From Octopus vulgaris (lineage: Eukaryota), in the NCBI GenBank assembly GCA_951406725.2, contig OX597832.1:22320001-22384000 (forward strand): DNA of 64,000 nucleotides, written 5' to 3'. Positions 56,294 to 64,000 of this stretch are shown here, in pieces (the first letter of the stretch is position 1; every line of letters starts with the position of its first letter). A program made the translations under genes and the position numbers. The notes below the pieces were generated by a model, which did not search any database, was not told the DNA's origin, and was given only the letters and a program-made list of their open reading frames with translations.

Positions 56294-56842
56294 GGCATAG
56301 CTCTGACACTACCCATTGCCAGCGTCCCCACCACGGTGAGGAGGGGATGGACTTTGGGGACTTGCTTTATGATTTTATCATGATTCAGATGCAGGCAATA
56401 GACGTTAACTTCTCATTCTTATCATGCACTGCGGTCCCAGAGGTCCGAAGATTAACGGAAAGTTTTTTTGAAGTAAGAACTAAACCCAACGTCATGAAAC
56501 CCAGAAATACCTCAAACACTAAACGGGTTTCGTAAACACGCATGCTCACCCGCGCACACACACGGAAAGCAACGATGGCAAGCTTTTGACTAACAGATTC
56601 CGTTGGCCTGCTTCGATTCTCGATACTACGTCTTTGAATGCACCTAATTACTAAAGACGTCTTTGGAAAGGACCATTAATATCACAGCCAATACCATGTT
56701 CTCTTCTGTTGTGAATAATCAATATGTTTAATAACAGCTATTGATGCTCTGAATAGCGATAAGTCAACCATTTGACTTTTTAGTATTATTATTATTGTAG
56801 AGATATGATTTAGTTTGATGTTTATAAATGCATATGCGTGTA

Positions 56843-56882
<40 letters not shown>

Positions 56883-56990
56883 TGCCTGTGTGTGTATAGG
56901 GTGTATGTTTACCGATACAAAATTGTAATTTGTTGATATTTATGAGTGCGTTTCTATAATATTAATACACACACACACGTGTATATATAC

Positions 56991-57040
<50 letters not shown>

Positions 57041-57087
57041 ATATGCGTGTATGTATGTATGCATGTATATATATATACATATGTATG

Positions 57088-57203
<116 letters not shown>

Positions 57204-57312
57204 CATATGTGTGATGCGTAATTATGTGTGCTTGTGCCGCTACATACATATAGTATTTTCTGTACGTGCATGTGCGATTTATGTATGTTGATATGTGTGT
57301 GTACGTACGTAC

Positions 57313-57343
<31 letters not shown>

Positions 57344-57397
57344 TGTATGTATGTATGTATGTATGTATGTATGTATGTATGTATGTATGTATGCATG

Positions 57398-57448
<51 letters not shown>

Positions 57449-57739
57449 ATAATTAATTATATATGCACAGATATTGCTGTTTAAAATAAATTAACTTTCC
57501 AAGTACATGGTTTCGGTTCAGTCCCACTGTACGAAAGCAGCGCCACTGATCCGATACCTTGTGAATATGATTATCGGAAATAGTTCGGATGCCGTCACAC
57601 ACAGACAAACGCACTTGCGCGCGCCATATATATTCATATGTAAATAGATGCCTATAGATATATACTTATACACATATAAACATACATACATTCATACACG
57701 CACACACATGTATATATATGAATTTATCTCAGCATCACC

Positions 57740-58045
57740 ATCAAAATACAGGACCAGATACTGCAACAGTTTCGGCTTCAAAATCCCTCAACCCTTCAAT
57801 ATCGTTCCAAGATGCCTGAGAGACCTGCCTGAGAGACCTGCATAGGTGCCTTCAAATCAAAACTGGATCTCGTCATGACGAGGGTTCCAGATCAGCCTAC
57901 CTCACGGCAGGAACAACAGATGAGGGCCGTAGCATATAACTCCCTTAGTCACCAAATGTCACATGTCAGAGGAGGTTTCAAATAATGGTGTTGCACAGCC
58001 GACGGTGGTGCCCCAGAATGGCCGCAGCTTTAAATGTGAAACAAT
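57740..58045 (+). mobile_element. CR1-group LINE 3' fragment
   Basis: NSFGFKIPQPFNIVPRCLRDL / FKSKLDLVMTRVPDQP...RAVAYNSL, then ggtggtgccccagaatggccgcagc tail. Confidence 0.7.
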
Positions 58046-58333
58046 TTGAAGAATTTAAATAATTAGAGAATTTAAAATATATATATTCATATGTAAAAGT
58101 GCATGTGTTTCTTTGTGTTTGTGTATATTCCCCTATTACTTGAAAACGCCATCGGTTTGTTTACATCCCCCGTAACTTAGCGGTTCGACAAAAGAGACTC
58201 ATAAAATAAATACCACACTTAATAGCAAATACAGGCCTCGATTTATTCAAATACACAACACAGGCGGTGCCTCAAGCATGGCCGCAGTCCAATAACGAAA
58301 GCAAGTAAAAGAACAAGATGATACACACACACA

Positions 58334-58411
<78 letters not shown>

Positions 58412-58545
58412 GGCACGCACGACCATTAGTCTGTTAATCAATAGTTCTAAGTATTATCCACAATTAATTAAATCTGCTTCTGATTGATTGCGCCGATCAT
58501 CGACCTTAGCTTTTACAAACATTCTTCATATACATATATATATAA

Positions 58546-58885
<340 letters not shown>

Positions 58886-59209
58886 TATATATATATATAA
58901 ACATATTCATATACGTATACATATACATTGATTTCTTGTTAGCTGTCTCTATCCTATTTTGTATTTAATTTACAGAAACGTGTTTTTGATGTGTTTCCTT
59001 TCGGCCATTTTGAGTTCATTCGCGCTTATTTGTTTGTGTTTGCTTGTTTGTTTGATTGAGAATCATTGACCGTGTGTCGCATGCTGGCTCCCGCAACAAT
59101 GAGTGGTACCTTGTTTTATCGGCCCCCGGAGGGATGAACGATTAACACGACGTCAGCAGGATGTCAAGTCAGAATGTAAAGAGCTGGAAACATACAGTAA
59201 TAATAATAA

Positions 59210-59259
<50 letters not shown>

Positions 59260-59277
59260 ATAACAACAACAATAATG

Positions 59278-59313
<36 letters not shown>

Positions 59314-59640
59314 GAGGTGTTATCTTAGTTCACTGGTAGTGAACGGCTGACACAGTAGTACATCTCCAGCGTTAGAAGCTGTGCAAAGGTAACAACAACA
59401 ACAATAATAATAATAATAATAATAATAATTATTATTATTATTGTTATTATTATCATCATAGAAGCGGTGCTCTAACAAATTGTCTACGCTAATAGATAAG
59501 ATCCGGAGCCAAGTACTAACACGAAAGTGTTAATGCCAATTAGCCAAAACTCAAGTCGGATGAGAGGAGTTTTAACAATGACAAATAGCAAAAAAAAAAA
59601 AAAGGAAACTAATAATATCAGTGATGATAATAATAATAAT

Positions 59641-60222
59641 GAACGGAAGCGGTTGGAATCTCTCCATGTCTTGATCGATGATAGTGTCATTGATAATTGC
59701 GCAACCTGATAATCGCTACCTCATATGAGTGAGAATGAAAAAAACAAAATATTGTGAATAACGGTGGTAATGAAATTGACAGTGTTGCACCCGGCAGGCT
59801 CAGAGATACTGGTCCGACTACAGCCTGTCCTTATCCAGCAATGGACCAGCACACACGGCGTAGGTGCAACAAACAAGTCAATGCTGTGGTCATGGTGTGT
59901 TTCTACCTGAGAAACCCTGTAGACGAAAATGGTGCTCATATTAGGGGATACCGACAACGTATGTATGATCAAAGGAGAGAAAGAGGATTGTTTCAACTCA
60001 CGGAACAGAGATTATGTGATCAAGCTAGAGCAATAACAGAAAATCGTTGGTTCACAGAAGTAGAGCTCGAAACTATCAAAAGACGGGTATCTGGAAAGCA
60101 GCAGTAGAAGAAACAATGAAAATACAGTTCTTACGGATAAAATCATAGCAGAAAACAGAGGTGAAATCTCTAATAAACCACAGGAAACGAACAGTAATAT
60201 CTTGGTCGATGACTGACATATA
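59641..60222 (+). mobile_element. 5' end of an R4/Dong-clade retrotransposon (N-terminal Myb-like region), decayed
   Basis: RRRCNKQVNAVVMVCFY...RGYRQRMY...TEQRLCDQARAI..NRWFTEVELETIK; begins right after (AAT)n. Confidence 0.75.
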
Positions 60223-60400
60223 CAGAGGTTGGACAAAGTAATGGAAACACCTAGCATCATAGCATCATAATTTTGAAATATATATAAAACCGTCAAAAGC
60301 TTGCTTGTTTTTAGGCTGTTTTTATTTATTACTTGTGTTGCTTAATATGTTTTGCTAAAATTGTTGTTTCTTTTCAGATATCATCAGAAAAAGCTAATTA
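60223..60400 (+). mobile_element. Tc1-like left end truncating the Dong copy
   Basis: TA|cagaggttggacaaagtaatggaaacacc resembles a Tc1 TIR; right TIR not seen. Confidence 0.5.
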
Positions 60401-61271
60401 ACGCTCCCCGGCGACTATCAACAATGTGCAGCTACCCAGAAAGTGTGTTGTATACGGATTTCCGTAATCGTACTCATGAACATGGGACAAACGAAGAGAA
60501 AAATACGAAAGACCTGCACCCTAACAAACGAAGGCAGTCGAGTGTATTCTCTCTGAAAGAAAAGGCAGAGATAATCAAACAAACTATTTGAGTTTCGAAG
60601 CTTCGCCGATGCGGTATCTATGAATCGACTATTTGTTACATTGACAAAATGCATACAGATGATTTATTTATCGCGGTGTCATTAATGAGCATAGACATAA
60701 GAGTTATCCCCTCCTGTTTCTTTCTTAAAACGAACATACGCCTCCACAAAATCAGCCCATTTTTATCCACATCCTGCAATTCTCTATTCTGGCTTGACCA
60801 TAGCTGAAGCTATTAGACCAGCAATAATTCATTCACCAATGGAAACAGCTTCATTTCCATATTGCTTTCAATAATTCCTCAAAAGAAATACTCCAACGCA
60901 AAAAAAAAAAAAAATAGGTACAAACAAAATTAACAAAAAAATATATATAAGACAGATCAGCGCAGTTACCGCTCAATAAAATATCGGTTTTATATCTGTA
61001 TTTCTATAAATGTCTGTGTATTTCGCAATTGCAGTTTCCTAAATGGTAAATAGGTGAGTAGCAAATATCAATGGTTATTCTATTATTTTCAATTACGTTC
61101 GGTTCTTCGATCTGATTAACTAATTCGATCAGACTTAGCTAGCCACACACACACACACACACACACTCGCGCGGTAGAGGTACGTACATATGCACACGCG
61201 GACACACACATTTATGTATGCATGTATGTATGTATGTATGTATGCATGTATCTCTCTATCCTTATCAATGT

Positions 61272-61306
<35 letters not shown>

Positions 61307-61371
61307 TGTTTAGTGAGATATGCATACATACATGCATCAATACATGTGATATATATACATATATGTTTATG

Positions 61372-61416
<45 letters not shown>

Positions 61417-61594
61417 ATATATATATGTATATATATATATTTGTATATTTGTATATATGTATATATGTATATACATGTATATATATATTTGTATATTTGT
61501 ATATATGTATATATGTATGTATATACATGTATATATATATATGTGTGCGTGGGTGTGTATATGTAAATATATATATATATACACACACACACAA

Positions 61595-61635
<41 letters not shown>

Positions 61636-61727
61636 TGTATGTATACATATATGTATGTGCGTATAAGTATGCATACATTCATATGCATATATATATATAT
61701 ACAAATAAATATATAAACATACATACA

Positions 61728-61759
<32 letters not shown>

Positions 61760-62064
61760 AATGTATATATGCATTTAAGTATATATGCATATATTTAATA
61801 CGTATGTGGAGATAGACAGAGAAAGAGTGAGAGAGAGAGAGAGAGAGAGAGCGAGATAGGGAGAAGAGCATATTTAATATGCATTCCGTATATGTGATAC
61901 GCATGGGTAATGAGCACCAGTGTATAGGTTTACATATTACATATATGCAATATCTATACGTATATACTGGTGCATGTTAATTATGAATAAATTAAATAGA
62001 TAAACAAATGAATAAATAAATAAATAAATAAATAAATAAATAGCTAAATAAATAAATAAATAAA

Positions 62065-62452
62065 TCTCTCTATATATAAACGGCAGTTTGTCTGTGCGTG
62101 TTTCTGTGTGTCTGTTTTCTCGTACCCTCACCCTGACCACGGCTTTCAACCGATTCTGATGAAACTTGACACACGCATAGCCCAATGTCATAATTCAAAA
62201 CTAACGCAGCGAAAATTTTGAAAAGTTAACCCCAGTTCTGAAAAAAATCGATAAATTCGACATGGGGTCGAGAATAAAAAAAAACAAACCACAGACTGTC
62301 TAGGGGACGCAACTCAACCTTTTTTTACTCTCAAAAAAAAATTTACCATCATTTTTTTTCCATTTTTTTGCTATTTTTTGGCTATAACTCTCTAAAGATG
62401 CTTTATAGTTATTTCCCTTACAAACCTGAGCAACGCCGGGCGATACTGCTAG
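62065..62452 (+). mobile_element. Non-autonomous Helitron
   Basis: A|TC start, hairpin and CTAG|T end; 3' ~120 bp shared with the 42558 element. Confidence 0.85.
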
Positions 62453-62608
62453 TAAATAAATAAATAAATAAGTAAATAAATGTCTCTCACTTTGCTTTTC
62501 TCTTGTTTTCCGCTTGGTTTACCTTCGAAATCAATATCGAAGCTGACATTTTGTTTTTGTGTTTCGGTGGGGTTATTGCGATTTTTTATGTTTTTTTACT
62601 CATTCTTT

Positions 62609-62656
<48 letters not shown>

Positions 62657-62777
62657 GACTACTACTACTGCTGCTGCTGCTGCTGCTACTACTGCTGCTG
62701 CTACTACTGCTACTATTGTTGCTGCTGCCACCGCTCCGCCACCACCACCTACACCACAGCTGTTGCTGCTGCTGCTG

Positions 62778-62816
<39 letters not shown>

Positions 62817-62865
62817 TTATTTGTATTGTTCCCCTCATCCTACACATGGTGGCAAATAAAAGAAA

Positions 62866-62923
<58 letters not shown>

Positions 62924-62937
62924 CATTATTATTATTA

Positions 62938-62998
<61 letters not shown>

Positions 62999-62999
62999 G

Positions 63000-63492
63000 G
63001 AGTGAAAGAGCAGTGCATGACATCAAAGTGACACTGGGGTACAATAATACGAAGCCCAGTATACTCACCATGACTACCCGTTTGATAAAGGTACACCAGG
63101 CACATGCATCACAACCATGCAGTGGAGGTCCAGTTAGAATTCTCTACAAGTCGAGTAGCCCATCCAGCTCAAAAGGCCTCTGATCAAGGTTTCTTTAAAA
63201 ATGATGAACGAAATACCCATATTTCCAGAGGTGAATTATCCAAACCCCAAAGAATTCCTCTCAACACATGGCTATGATGCCCCCACCCCAATACTCATGC
63301 TCGTAATATCGTCAGTCACTAAGGGACATGCTCAACTGGTTAAGGTCAAGCAAGTGACAAGCAAATCTATAGTGTTGAGCACAATATTTGCCGTAGCTTG
63401 CCTTTTACACCAAGACAATACAATGTACATGTTAACAATTCCAATCAGTTAAGATCAGAAACCATGAGAGCCACTGCCTGGTATTGCATCAG
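63000..63492 (-). mobile_element. Family C element, diverged with internal deletions
   Basis: Both termini recognisable; flanked by (ATT)n. Confidence 0.8.
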
Positions 63493-63557
63493 AATATTTA
63501 TTATTATTATTATTATTGTTATTATTATTAATATTATTATTATTATTATTATTATCA

Positions 63558-64000
<443 letters not shown>

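Noticed and set aside
55463-56383. Overlapping ORFs in the GC-rich repeat
   Set aside because: The 148/137-bp units shift frame each copy; no recognisable domain

Overview
AT-rich, repeat-saturated eukaryotic DNA with no intact gene. The SINE repertoire suggests an octopod cephalopod (from recall, not a database match). Nearly all listed ORFs are microsatellite or SINE artefacts. The window contains several tRNA-derived SINE families, R4/Dong and CR1 LINE fragments, Tc1/mariner relics, a Merlin-like MITE, Helitron/Helentron non-autonomous elements, a decayed 28S rDNA relic and one candidate terminal exon. The main signal is about 12 minimal type-I hammerhead ribozyme (HHR) motifs from about 7 unrelated sequence families, most with the palindromic stem III typical of dimer-cleaving Penelope-associated HHRs. 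They sit in short non-coding, often fold-back elements and include a U3-A8 core variant, a family lacking A6, and one HHR fused behind a Pol III tRNA head. Other notable patterns are a SINE that appears to insert into its own tRNA head at a fixed site, forming ~184-bp arrays, and a 555-bp non-coding element found only in (AAT)n, twice directly upstream of Dong 3' ends. All coordinates were read by eye and are approximate.
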